A DNA stretch of 64,000 nt from assembly GCA_965209065.1 (NCBI GenBank), contig OZ242373.1:556744-620743 (forward strand), written 5' to 3'. A program made the translations under genes and the position numbers. The first letter of the stretch is position 1. Each line of letters starts with the position of its first letter. This DNA comes from Alphaproteobacteria bacterium (GTDB taxonomy: Bacteria; Pseudomonadota; Alphaproteobacteria; JAPOUT01; G958296285). Positions 9,165 through 18,792 of this stretch are shown here, piece by piece. A model generated the notes under the pieces. That model was not told where the DNA came from and did no database searches. It saw only the letters and a program-made list of their open reading frames with translations.

Positions 9165-12100
9165 GCTTTTGCTTTAACCCCTGCTAAAGAAAGCATTTTT
9201 TCTTTCCAAAAGTAGTAGCTTTCTTTTAAGACGGCAGGCATACATAACAAAACGGGCGTCAAAATAAGGGTTAACATCGTGGAGAAAGCAAGACCATAAA
9301 TAATAGCAGTAGACATCTGCACCCACCACACAGAAACAACACCGCCAATATCAACCACGCGCTTGAAGAAATCTATCTGAATTTGTAGCGCCATAGGCAG
9401 TAATCCAATTATCGTGGTGCAAGTGGTTAGCAAAATAGGGCGCAAGCGTTGCGCCGCAGTGCGCAAAACAGCCTCAATCGGGTCGCTGAATTCTTGGCGC
9501 AAGCGGTTAAACGTATCAATCAGCACAATAGAATTATTAACGACAATCCCCGCTAAAGCCATAACGCCGGTGCCGGTCATAATGACAGAGAAAGTATGCC
9601 CGGCTAACATTAGCCCAATCAAAACGCCCATCACCGAAAAAATAACGGTGGAAAGCGTTATCATCGACTGGTAGAAGCTGTTGAATTGGGTTATCAAAAT
9701 TAAAAAGATAAGAAAGAGCGCGGCTATCATCGCTTTAGAGAGAAAAGCGGTAGATTCATCTTGCTCTTCATTGGAGCCGCGAAAGCGCCAGTGAATGTTG
9801 GGACCGAAATCTTGCTTTTCAAGCCATGGGCGAATTTCATTAATCTTATCATCGGTTAGAACTTTCGCGCCGGTCGCCGGGTCAATGATGGTGTCGGCGC
9901 GAATAAGCGTTTGCCGTCTGCCATCAACGCGCTCTATGTTATCGACTTTTTTCTGCGCTTTGCGTTTGACGAAATTCGCAATCGCGACTTGTCCGCTCGG
10001 GCTCGGCAGGCGGAGGCTATCAAGCTGGTCGAGCGCGCGTCCCTCGCGCGGAAAGCGCACACGGATTTCCACCTCTTCATCGGAGTCGCTCGGGCGGAAG
10101 TTGCCAATCAAAATGCCATTGGTAACAAGCTGAATAGCCGAACCAACGAGCGCAATATCCGCGCCATAACGCGCGGCGATTTCCCTATCAACATCAAACA
10201 CCCACTCAATGCCCGGCAGGGGGCGAGAATCCTCAATGCTCGTTAGTCCCGACACATTGCTTTTAAGATGATTGGTTATTTTAGCCGTAGCAGCGTAGAG
10301 TTCTTCACGGCTTCCTGTGCTGGTAATTTCAATTTGGATATTTTTACCTTGCGGGGGTCCTTCCTCTAGCTTGCGCACTTCCACGTGAATGCCGGCAATC
10401 GTTTTTCCTCTTTGGCGAATTTCTTCCAAAATGAGTTCGCCCTTGCGTCTTTGTTGATAGGGCAAAAGCTCTAAAAGAAAAGTGCCGATTAAATCGCGTG
10501 GCGCATCACGATTATTTCTATCGCCGGGATTTACACTGCCGCCAATCACAGCAATAGCGGTATCGATGCCTTTTGTGCTAAGCACTTCCTTTTCAACACG
10601 GAGCATCAAGGCGCGTTTATCTTCAATAGAGAGGTTGCCGCGCGCGCCAACAAAAACATTGGCATATTCTGGCTCGGTTTGGACAAAAAGCTCCACGCCA
10701 TTGTTGAACCGCCCGAACAGCGTAATAATAATAAAGCAAATGCCAAAAGCCGCACCGAGCACCAACAGAGGTCGGTGAACGAGCTTCCTTAATGTTTTGA
10801 GATAAATTCCGGTAGCGCCGGTAAGAGGGATAGTTTCATCGTTCGAGCTGCTGCCTGCGAGGCTTTTTAATTGAGCGCGCTGCTTTTCATTCGCGCTGGT
10901 CTTGCCAATAATAGAGCCGATGACCGGTAAAAATATCAAAGCGGTTACCAGCGATGAGCTCAAAACGACAATCAGCGTAAGGGGCAGGTAGCTCATAAAT
11001 TGGCCGGTAACGCCCGGCCACAACAACAAGGGAATAAAAGCCGCAAGCGTCGTTGCGGTGGAAGCGATGATAGGAAAGAACATCCGCTGCGATGCCATAA
11101 TGAAAGCCTCTTTTTTATGAAGTCCTTCTGCCATTTTTCTGTCGGCGTATTCCACAATGACAATCGCGCTATCCACGAGCATCCCCACCGAAAGCACCAG
11201 CCCAAACAACACCATCATATTAATAGTGAAGCCGCCAATCGCGAGAAAAAAGAAGGTCATCATAAAAGAAATGGGAATAGCAAAGCCAACCAGAGAGCCA
11301 GAGCGCAACCCTAAAGTCGCGACAACAATAATCATCACGAGCATAATGGCAGTCATCACGGAATTGCGCAGGCTCGACAAGGCGCGGTCGACAACAGAGG
11401 AAGTGTCCAAGCTATAGCCAATAGAGATGCTATCGGGGACTTGCTTTTTTGCTTCATCAACATAAGCGCGCACGGTTTTTGACGTCTCGACAATGTTAGC
11501 CCCGATTCTCTTAACGACTTGGATAGACAGGGCGGGCTTGCCGTTCACGCGCACGAGCTGGCTTTGGTCTTTGAAGGTGCGGCGGATGTCGGAAATATCG
11601 CTGAGAACAATACCGCCTTTCTCGTCCCCAATCAGCGGTATGTTGAAGAGGTCTTCGGCGGTTTCCACCAGCCCCGGCAGCTTCACCGAGAATTGCCCGT
11701 GTCCTGTATCTAGGCTACCGGCGGCTACCATCAAGTTATTGCGCGCCACTTTACTAATCAGCTGCTCGTATTGAATATTGTAGCTCGCCATTTTAGCCGG
11801 GTCGGCGACAATTTCTAGCAGCTCCTCGCGGTGCCCTTGTAGCTTCGCCTCGAGAATGTTAGGAATGGTCTCAACGAGGTCTTGTAGCCGTTTGGCATAA
11901 GTGTAGAGGGTGCGCTCGGGGACATCGCCGGCAATGGTTATGATGAGAATCGGAAAGAGCGCGGTATTGAACTCAAAAATTTCTGGTTCTTCGGCGTCTG
12001 CGGGGATTTCAGCTTTGGCTTGATCCACCTTGTTGCGTATATTTCCTAGCACGATGTTTTTATCAAAATCGACTTCAAACTCCAAAATGATACCCGCGTG

Positions 12101-12364
12101 GTGCTGCGATGCGGTCGCGCGCATTTCCTTTAGCCCTTCAAGAGAGCGCAAGTGCGTTTCCATCGGTTGAATGATAAGCCGCTCGGCATCTTCAGGCGAA
12201 ATGCCGGGGAAGGGAATAGAGATATAAAAAATAGGAATATCAATATCAGGGTCGGCTTCGCGCGGCAGGGACAGGAAGGCGGCAAAGCCCGCAAAAAACA
12301 GCACGACCATAGCGGTTAAAACCGTGCGCGAGCGGTCGACAAAAACGGCAATAAACTTACTCAT
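9161..12364 (-). CDS. RND efflux permease (AcrB/AcrD/AcrF family)
   Basis: 1067 aa; GMLVDSAIVIVE, GIVVNNSIVLID, RLRPILLT motifs; two periplasmic domains. Confidence 0.93.
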   Translation of the reverse strand: MSKFIAVFVDRSRTVLTAMVVLFFAGFAAFLSLPREADPDIDIPIFYISIPFPGISPEDAERLIIQPMETHLRSLEGLKEMRATASQHHAGIILEFEVDFDKNIVLGNIRNKVDQAKAEIPADAEEPEIFEFNTALFPILIITIAGDVPERTLYTYAKRLQDLVETIPNILEAKLQGHREELLEIVADPAKMASYNIQYEQLISKVARNNLMVAAGSLDTGHGQFSVKLPGLVETAEDLFNIPLIGDEKGGIVLSDISDIRRTFKDQSQLVRVNGKPALSIQVVKRIGANIVETSKTVRAYVDEAKKQVPDSISIGYSLDTSSVVDRALSSLRNSVMTAIMLVMIIVVATLGLRSGSLVGFAIPISFMMTFFFLAIGGFTINMMVLFGLVLSVGMLVDSAIVIVEYADRKMAEGLHKKEAFIMASQRMFFPIIASTATTLAAFIPLLLWPGVTGQFMSYLPLTLIVVLSSSLVTALIFLPVIGSIIGKTSANEKQRAQLKSLAGSSSNDETIPLTGATGIYLKTLRKLVHRPLLVLGAAFGICFIIITLFGRFNNGVELFVQTEPEYANVFVGARGNLSIEDKRALMLRVEKEVLSTKGIDTAIAVIGGSVNPGDRNNRDAPRDLIGTFLLELLPYQQRRKGELILEEIRQRGKTIAGIHVEVRKLEEGPPQGKNIQIEITSTGSREELYAATAKITNHLKSNVSGLTSIEDSRPLPGIEWVFDVDREIAARYGADIALVGSAIQLVTNGILIGNFRPSDSDEEVEIRVRFPREGRALDQLDSLRLPSPSGQVAIANFVKRKAQKKVDNIERVDGRRQTLIRADTIIDPATGAKVLTDDKINEIRPWLEKQDFGPNIHWRFRGSNEEQDESTAFLSKAMIAALFLIFLILITQFNSFYQSMITLSTVIFSVMGVLIGLMLAGHTFSVIMTGTGVMALAGIVVNNSIVLIDTFNRLRQEFSDPIEAVLRTAAQRLRPILLTTCTTIIGLLPMALQIQIDFFKRVVDIGGVVSVWWVQMSTAIIYGLAFSTMLTLILTPVLLCMPAVLKESYYFWKEKMLSLAGVKAKA

Positions 12365-13527
12365 TTGTTTCGCGCCTTTGGCGTTTCGCTCCTTTGGTTG
12401 CTGGAATCGACAGCGACTTCAGTGCCATCGCTCACATATTCTTGCCCGACAATGATAAGGCGCGCCTCGGGCGGCAAACCCTTTACCCAGTATTCTTCAG
12501 TATTGCCCTCGATAATTTCAATCGGAACAAACTGCACGATGTTCTTATTGTTTTTTCGCACAACAAGGCGCAGCCCAATTTTACCTTGCGCGTTCAAAGT
12601 TAAAATAGAAGGCGGAATAGAGTGTGCATAAACGCTTTTGAGCGGAATATGAATCTGCACGGTAATGCCTTCGCGCACCGCGAGTTTGGAATCGTTGTTT
12701 GGTGCTTGCGCTTCTAGTTCAATGCGATAGGTTTTCGTTTTAGCGTCCGCGCTATGAGCGATATAGCGCACAATGCCTTTTAATTTAGAACCATCAGGCA
12801 AGACAATCGAGCCACTTTCATCGGGCTTGATTTTGACAACCTCATCTTCGGTGATATTTCCTGAGACAACCAGAGGCTCCATATCAATCACTTTAGCGCA
12901 AGCGGTGCCGGTGCTGGCGAAATCGCCGACATCCAAAAAGACTTTTTCTAAAATGCCATCAAAAGGAGCAAGGATAGACGTATGCTTCAAAGCTAATTTT
13001 GCGCGCTCCAATCGCGATTTCGCCGTGCTGTAGTTCGCGCGCGCTTGGGCTAAAGAAATTTGCGTGCTATACCCTTGCTTGGAAAGTTTCTTGGCAGAGC
13101 GTAATTGTAAATTTCTTAATTCCATTGTTCTTTGTGCTTCTTCTTTCTCTGCTTGCCGATTGTCGATAGAGATGCCGCACAAGAGGTCTCCTTTGCGCAC
13201 AAAGTTTCCTTCTTTTTCGGTAGAGGTGAAGCGCACCTTGCCGCCGATTTCGGCGCGAACGGTGACCGAGCGCTCGGCTTCGATAATGCCGCCGCGGATA
13301 ACAATTTTCGGCTGCCGCGCTTGCGCGATACTCAAACGCGTTTGCACTTTCGGCAGACTGCTTTTCGCTATGGGTTTAAGCGAGGCAGTTGCTGGTTCGT
13401 CGTTTTGGCTGTCGCGCAGATAGCCTGAGCCAAGCCACACAGCCGCCACAGCCACTACCATCAAAGCGGAAAAAACCGAACCCGATATGCCAAAGCGGCG
13501 CTTTTCTTTTTTCTCTTCTTCGCTCAT
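12361..13527 (-). CDS. RND efflux periplasmic adaptor (membrane fusion protein)
   Basis: N-terminal TM, lipoyl half-motifs (VRAEIGG..., ILAPFDG), alpha-hairpin; 4-bp overlap with the RND permease. Confidence 0.9.
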   Translation of the reverse strand: MSEEEKKEKRRFGISGSVFSALMVVAVAAVWLGSGYLRDSQNDEPATASLKPIAKSSLPKVQTRLSIAQARQPKIVIRGGIIEAERSVTVRAEIGGKVRFTSTEKEGNFVRKGDLLCGISIDNRQAEKEEAQRTMELRNLQLRSAKKLSKQGYSTQISLAQARANYSTAKSRLERAKLALKHTSILAPFDGILEKVFLDVGDFASTGTACAKVIDMEPLVVSGNITEDEVVKIKPDESGSIVLPDGSKLKGIVRYIAHSADAKTKTYRIELEAQAPNNDSKLAVREGITVQIHIPLKSVYAHSIPPSILTLNAQGKIGLRLVVRKNNKNIVQFVPIEIIEGNTEEYWVKGLPPEARLIIVGQEYVSDGTEVAVDSSNQRSETPKARNK

Positions 13528-13564
13528 TCTCTCTTTATACTATATTATTGCCCGTTTTTGTGAA

Positions 13565-13954
13565 TTAAAGCACCGCAGAGCGCTCGCCAAGAAGCCAGAG
13601 GATAAAAGCGCGATAATCTAGCATCAGCGCAATAGTGTTAGAAAGGATAAGCAGCGCCAAGTATTTGCCGAACAGGATAGACCAAACGGTATAGCGCAAC
13701 CTAAAAGCGAGATAGATAAGTAAGGGCGTCCATAGCACAATTTGGCTCAGCCCGACAAAGCGCGTGTAGCTTATTTGCTGAATGAAAAAATCATAAAAAA
13801 CCAGACTCCAAATATGAACCAGCCACGTTATGATAATCCACCGCGCCTCGCGCTGCGTCAAAATGAAAGGCAAGGACAGCGAATTAATAAAGACCAGCCA
13901 CCAAAACCATATTTGGAAAAGCTCACTTTGAACGAGAATTTCATCAACAAACAT
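13565..13954 (-). CDS. Small hypothetical integral membrane protein (about 4 TM)
   Basis: Hydrophobic ORF (WFWWLVFINS, GLSQIVLWTPLLIYL, DY near the C-terminus); ATG at 13954 preferred to the track start at 14011. Confidence 0.65.
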   Translation of the reverse strand: MFVDEILVQSELFQIWFWWLVFINSLSLPFILTQREARWIIITWLVHIWSLVFYDFFIQQISYTRFVGLSQIVLWTPLLIYLAFRLRYTVWSILFGKYLALLILSNTIALMLDYRAFILWLLGERSAVL

Positions 13955-14023
13955 AAGCGGTATTTTAACACATTTACGGGTGGAGGTGAGTTGTGTTATA
14001 GTTTTTATCACAGGAGAGGGAAT

Positions 14024-14800
14024 ATGAGCGAATTACGAAAAGCGGCGACCATACTGCTGCTAAGAGACGGGGCAGAGGGGCTTGAAGTGTTTATGGTGGA
14101 GCGGCACCACCGCATAGATTTTGCTAGCTCCGCGCTTGTTTTTCCCGGCGGCAAGGTTGATGAACATGACGAGAGCTCGAAACTAAAGAAGCTCACGCAC
14201 AGCGGCGCGGCTGATGACGACCTCTTCGCCTATCGTATCGCGAGCTTGAGAGAAGCCTTCGAGGAAACCGGCATTCTATTAGCAAAGCGCCAAGGCGAGG
14301 ATAGCTTTTTATCTGGCACGAGTGCTTTCAGTCTCTGGGATTACCGCAAGAGAATAGAGGAGCGTGAAATTTTGTTTGGTGATTTTTTAGAGTCTCATCG
14401 GCTGGAAGCGGATATTTCTTCGGTTGTGCGTTATGCGCACTGGATAACGCCGGCGATGATGCCGAAGCGGTTTGACACGCAGTTTTTCATTGCCGCCGCA
14501 CCCGAGGGGCAAGCAGGGCTACACGATGGCAGAGAGATGGTTGATTCCATTTGGATTAGACCCAAAGACGCGCTCGCTGACGGCGAGGCGGGCAAGCGTC
14601 AAGTTATTTTTCCTACGCGGATGAATCTTTTTATGATTGCCGAATGCGAGAATGTCGCGCAGGCTTTAGCCGAAGCGCGCGCGCGTCCTATTGTTACGGT
14701 GGAGCCTAAGCTTGATAGGAGCGGCGAAGCACCTGTCTTGCGTATTCCAAAAGAGGCGGGCTACCCGGTTGATTACGAGCTAGTAGAAAGCATTAAATGA
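14024..14800 (+). CDS. NUDIX hydrolase (Nudt19-like)
   Basis: AATILLLRDG, VFPGGKVD, split Nudix box REAFEETG, WITP...KRFDTQFF; RBS AGGAG before ATG 14024. Confidence 0.88.
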   Translation: MSELRKAATILLLRDGAEGLEVFMVERHHRIDFASSALVFPGGKVDEHDESSKLKKLTHSGAADDDLFAYRIASLREAFEETGILLAKRQGEDSFLSGTSAFSLWDYRKRIEEREILFGDFLESHRLEADISSVVRYAHWITPAMMPKRFDTQFFIAAAPEGQAGLHDGREMVDSIWIRPKDALADGEAGKRQVIFPTRMNLFMIAECENVAQALAEARARPIVTVEPKLDRSGEAPVLRIPKEAGYPVDYELVESIK

Positions 14801-15150
14801 TAAGCGAGTTTCTAAAAAGCACACGCGACTTGATTCAAGCTGTGATATTGCTTTTAATTTTGATAGTCGTCCTCAAGTTATTTTCCATTCCCGACACTGA
14901 GGAGATAGGCGACTGGATGAATTATCGCCGCGCGATTGCCAACATTGAACGCAAAGGTGAAGCGTGGCATTCTTTTTCTACCGCAGAAGGACTCTTCTGG
15001 CGCGGGGGCTTCTCCAAAAATGAAGAAAAGGCAATAGAGCTTTTATGCGTGCTTGCCAAAAAGAGAATGGAAGAAGCAGAATTACTTTTATTGATTTACG
15101 ATAAGGGCGTTGAAGACTGCGCCCAAAAAGATGAAGAGCCAAAAAGATAA
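14797..15150 (+). CDS. Small hypothetical membrane-anchored protein, possibly one degenerate Sel1-like helix pair
   Basis: ATGA-coupled to the NUDIX gene; N-terminal TM; GLFWRGGFSKNEEKAIELL resembles a Sel1 repeat. Confidence 0.55.
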   Translation: MISEFLKSTRDLIQAVILLLILIVVLKLFSIPDTEEIGDWMNYRRAIANIERKGEAWHSFSTAEGLFWRGGFSKNEEKAIELLCVLAKKRMEEAELLLLIYDKGVEDCAQKDEEPKR

Positions 15151-15153
15151 AAA

Positions 15154-15921
15154 TTAAGACTGGAATTGCTCGGAGATGATGCGCTCTTCAAGCTCGTGTC
15201 CTCTGTCAAACAAAAGCGGCAAGGTGATGTTTTTATCCTCAGCGATATCAACCGAAACGACATTATGAATTTCTTGGTGGTCGGCGGTGGCGCTGACCGG
15301 TCTTTTTTTATGCTCGCGCACCTCAAAGCGCACGCGCGCCGACGAAGGCAGCAAGCCGCCGCGCCAATGACGCGGACGAAAAGTGCTAATCGGCGTGAGA
15401 GCCAACACTTCCGCGCCAAGTGGAATAATCGGGCCACCAACCGAAAAATTATAAGCCGTGCTTCCCGCCGCCGTAGCGAGCAACACGCCATCGGCATAAA
15501 GCCCGTCAAGGCGCACGCGCCCATCAACGTGAATGCGAATGTGAGCCGTCTGTGATACTTGACGCAGCAAAGAGACCTCATTGATGGCGAGCAGCTGCTT
15601 CTTTTTTCCGTTTCCAGTTTGCGCACTCATACTCAGCGGGTGAAGCCGTGTCGTGCTTGCCTCGGCTATTTTTTTCTCTAGACTTTTGAGCGCGCAAAGT
15701 TTGTTAAGCAGAAAACCAACCGTGCCTAAATTCATTCCATAAATTTTAGCTTGGTAGCGCTTGGCAATATAAGTATGGAGGCACTGGAGCATAAAGCCAT
15801 CGCCGCCAAGCACGACAATCACGTCTGCCTTGCTCGGTGGGTTTTTGCCGTATAGCTTTTCAAGCTCCCTAGCTTTGGTTTGAGCGTCTTTGTTTTTTGC
15901 GGCAAGGAAGGTATATTTCAT
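15154..15921 (-). CDS. nadK: NAD kinase
   Basis: GGDG, GTVGFL, NE, TAAGSTAYNFSVGGPI motifs. Confidence 0.93.
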   Translation of the reverse strand: MKYTFLAAKNKDAQTKARELEKLYGKNPPSKADVIVVLGGDGFMLQCLHTYIAKRYQAKIYGMNLGTVGFLLNKLCALKSLEKKIAEASTTRLHPLSMSAQTGNGKKKQLLAINEVSLLRQVSQTAHIRIHVDGRVRLDGLYADGVLLATAAGSTAYNFSVGGPIIPLGAEVLALTPISTFRPRHWRGGLLPSSARVRFEVREHKKRPVSATADHQEIHNVVSVDIAEDKNITLPLLFDRGHELEERIISEQFQS

Positions 15922-16923
15922 TTAGCCTCCGGTGGTTGCCATCATTCTTTGCGGCGAGCCGCTCACTTTATTTTTATCAATATAAAAATGATGCTCTAAA
16001 GGTTTATGTTGCATTGCTTCGTTTAGAGCTTGGTCTAAACTTTCGCCGGCGCGCATCACTTTTCTTAAATCAACGAAATGATTATGTCCTAAACAAGTCC
16101 AAAGTTTTCCGTCCGCACTAACGCGAACGCGGTTGCAGCTCGTGCAAAATTTATGGCTAAGAGGCGTGATAAAACCGAGCCTGCCATTGGTTTCAGCAAC
16201 TCTAAAAAATTGCGCGGGACCTCTAGAGGCAAGGGGGATATTTGTTTCTTCAACCAAGCGCCACTTGTGCGCAAGCTGCGCGTGCACTTTATTAAGCGGT
16301 AAATAGTGTTTGGTTAAATCGAGTCCGGTATCGCTCATTGGCATCGTTTCAATGAGGGTTAGGTCCATATTATTTTTGTGCGCCCAAGTAATTATTTCGG
16401 GTAGCTCGTCCCCGTTCAGCCCAGCGAGCGCAACGCAATTTATTTTAACCCGCAACCCCGCCGCCTGCGCCGCTTCAATGCCATCAAGTGTTTTTTGTAG
16501 CGCACCGCTTTTGCTGCGCGTGATTTTAGCAAAAACCTCATCGCGCAGGCTATCGAGAGAAACATTAACCCGCTTGAGCCCCAGTTGCGCAAGACGCTCG
16601 GCATAGGCAGGCAGGAACGTTGCGTTTGTCGTCAAGCACCATTCATCAAGAAGCTCTAATCGCGCAACTTGCTCGGCGATAGACATAAAGTCTTTACGCG
16701 CGAGCGGCTCTCCGCCGGTGAGTCTAATTTTACGCACCCCGCGCGCGACAAACACCTTCAGCAGAGTGTCGATTTCGTCTAGAGTCAGCAGGTCTTCTTT
16801 TGGCATAAAGGTCTGCCGCGCGCTCATGCAATAGAGGCAGCGCAGGTCGCAGCGGTCGGTTAGGGACAGCCTAAGATAGCTAATTTTTCTACCGAATCCG
16901 TCTATTAAATTATTTTGAAGCAT
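15922..16923 (-). CDS. moaA: GTP 3',8-cyclase (molybdenum cofactor biosynthesis)
   Basis: CDLRCLYC radical-SAM motif, LTGGEP, FCTSCNRVR...C second cluster, terminal GG. Confidence 0.96.
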   Translation of the reverse strand: MLQNNLIDGFGRKISYLRLSLTDRCDLRCLYCMSARQTFMPKEDLLTLDEIDTLLKVFVARGVRKIRLTGGEPLARKDFMSIAEQVARLELLDEWCLTTNATFLPAYAERLAQLGLKRVNVSLDSLRDEVFAKITRSKSGALQKTLDGIEAAQAAGLRVKINCVALAGLNGDELPEIITWAHKNNMDLTLIETMPMSDTGLDLTKHYLPLNKVHAQLAHKWRLVEETNIPLASRGPAQFFRVAETNGRLGFITPLSHKFCTSCNRVRVSADGKLWTCLGHNHFVDLRKVMRAGESLDQALNEAMQHKPLEHHFYIDKNKVSGSPQRMMATTGG

Positions 16924-16978
16924 TGGGTGGATTATATTATAATAATCCTATTATTCAACCTGCTAAAAAGAGGAAAGT

Positions 16979-17713
16979 ATGGAAACAACAGAAGAACAGG
17001 CGCGGATTAATTTAGCCGCGACCTACCGTTTGGTCGCTCTTTATGGGTGGGACGATTTGATTTACACGCACATTTCTGCTCGCGTGCCGAATAAGGAGAA
17101 CCAGTTTTTTCTCAACCCCTACGGCATGACCTTTGACGAGATAACCGCTTCTTCTTTGGTGAAGGTGGATTTGGACGGCAACAAGGTGTCCGATAGCCCT
17201 TATGATATAAACCCTGCGGGTTTTACGATTCACTCGGCGGTGCATGCGAGCGGCAAGGATGCCCATTGTGTTATTCACACGCATTCTGATGACGGCACGG
17301 CGGTTTCGGCGCAGAAGGACGGGCTCCTGCCCTTGACGCAAACCGCGATGATAGCGCTGGACGACATCGCCTATCACGATTATGAGGGCATTGCTTTGGA
17401 GGAAGACGAACGCGCGCGGCTCGTGGCGGATTTGGGCGACAAGCACATGATGATTTTACGTAATCACGGGCTCTTGACGAGCGGTCAAACATGCGCCGAT
17501 GCCTTTTTGCGCCTTTTCTTTTTAGAGCGCGCTTGCACGATGCAGATAAAGGCATTGAGCGCGAGCAAAGACGGATTGAACCTTCCCAATCAAGGCGTGC
17601 CAGAGAAAACCGCAGGTCAGGCGAAATTTTCTAGCGCGAACGGCATAGGAAATTTGGCATGGGGTGCCTTGCTAAGAAAACTTGATAAAACCGATGCGTC
17701 TTATAAGAACTAG
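16979..17713 (+). CDS. Class II aldolase/adducin family protein
   Basis: THISARVP, NPYG, GFTIHSAVH, CVIHTHS, LRNHG Zn-binding His motifs. Confidence 0.92.
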   Translation: METTEEQARINLAATYRLVALYGWDDLIYTHISARVPNKENQFFLNPYGMTFDEITASSLVKVDLDGNKVSDSPYDINPAGFTIHSAVHASGKDAHCVIHTHSDDGTAVSAQKDGLLPLTQTAMIALDDIAYHDYEGIALEEDERARLVADLGDKHMMILRNHGLLTSGQTCADAFLRLFFLERACTMQIKALSASKDGLNLPNQGVPEKTAGQAKFSSANGIGNLAWGALLRKLDKTDASYKN

Positions 17714-17722
17714 GAGCATAAA

Positions 17723-18781
17723 ATGAAAACTTTATGGAGCGAACAAGAACTTTTAGCCGAACACGATTACGCTAAGCCTCACGAGGCGGCGGGAATGAAA
17801 CTACACGGCGGATTTGACGCGCAGGGAAAATATATTTCGCCGCGCACGAAACATCGCTGGGACGCGGTGCGGGCGTGGCAGGCGCAGCTTCAAGAGAAGG
17901 GGTTTGAGTTGCTTGACGCGTCGGGCGCTTTGTTGGCGCGCGGCAATTATCCTAACGCTTCGCAGCAGCAGCTTCTTTTGCGCGAGAGGCTTGGCAGTTC
18001 TTTCTGGGACGGGCTGACCATTACTGGCATCATAGAAGCGCGCGGCGCGATGCTTGCCAATTACACCCCGCCCAATTTACAAGAGGTCATAGAGGAAGAC
18101 ATTAGCCAAAGCGCGACAGGTCATTTGCATAAAGGCTTGCTGGTGGCGCACGGGATAGACGAAGGCGGCGACCCGAATACAGAAGGCGGTTTAGGCGCGC
18201 ACGACAAAATGTGGTTCGCGGTGCGCGATTTGATTTTTGGCGAGAGGGCTTACCCGCTGCCACAAGTGCCGCCGAGCATCGAGCGACCCAAAGACGGCGC
18301 GTTTTTTCCCGACATGCCCGATGAAGTGGATTTCATTTTTACGCTCTTGATGGACGTGCTGATGATAGAAATTAGAGCGGAAGCCTATTTCAATTTTTGC
18401 GTGGAGGTTATTTCCGCTCCGTCGAGTTTCGCAGACCGCCCGTCCGAAAAGAAGCTCGCCGCCGAGATGGTAGAGCGTATTCGCACAGATGAAAATATTC
18501 ATGTTGCCTATCTGCAGACGGTTATATCGGAGTTGAGAAGTTTCACCTTTAAGACAAAAAGAGGGCTCATCAGTGGCAAGGAGCTTATCGATGGTGTTTG
18601 GGCGGGTATGATTGAATGGCACGGCAAAGAACAATTTGACCTCGTGCGCGCACAACGCAAAGAATCCTTTCATAAAGAATTCACCGCAGAGCTAGGCGAC
18701 AAAGCACCCGCTTTCATAAAAGAATTTGACGCGGCAGAAAGCACCGCCATGAAACAGGGCACGAAACACGCCGCAGAATAA
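17723..18781 (+). CDS. Hypothetical protein, predicted ferritin-like diiron-carboxylate fold
   Basis: Strong RBS (AGGAG); IIEARG / HGIDE...AH / MIEIRAE / DENIH resemble the E-ExxH-E-ExxH ligand pattern (fold is inference). Confidence 0.6.
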   Translation: MKTLWSEQELLAEHDYAKPHEAAGMKLHGGFDAQGKYISPRTKHRWDAVRAWQAQLQEKGFELLDASGALLARGNYPNASQQQLLLRERLGSSFWDGLTITGIIEARGAMLANYTPPNLQEVIEEDISQSATGHLHKGLLVAHGIDEGGDPNTEGGLGAHDKMWFAVRDLIFGERAYPLPQVPPSIERPKDGAFFPDMPDEVDFIFTLLMDVLMIEIRAEAYFNFCVEVISAPSSFADRPSEKKLAAEMVERIRTDENIHVAYLQTVISELRSFTFKTKRGLISGKELIDGVWAGMIEWHGKEQFDLVRAQRKESFHKEFTAELGDKAPAFIKEFDAAESTAMKQGTKHAAE

Positions 18782-18792
18782 AAGGAGGCAAT

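Noticed and set aside
9161-13527. RND pump lacking an outer-membrane factor gene and with VDSA instead of VDDA
   Set aside because: Unlinked TolC and a single-Asp TM4 motif are common in this alphaproteobacterial RND subfamily.
13742-14023. N-terminal extension of the NUDIX ORF
   Set aside because: Overlaps the opposite-strand membrane ORF; a good RBS precedes ATG 14024.
15096-15626. Long alternative-frame and antisense ORFs (e.g. 15096-15626, 22683-23192, 39785-40285, 60076-60669)
   Set aside because: They lie almost entirely within well-supported genes and have no RBS or recognisable motifs; they are shadow ORFs.
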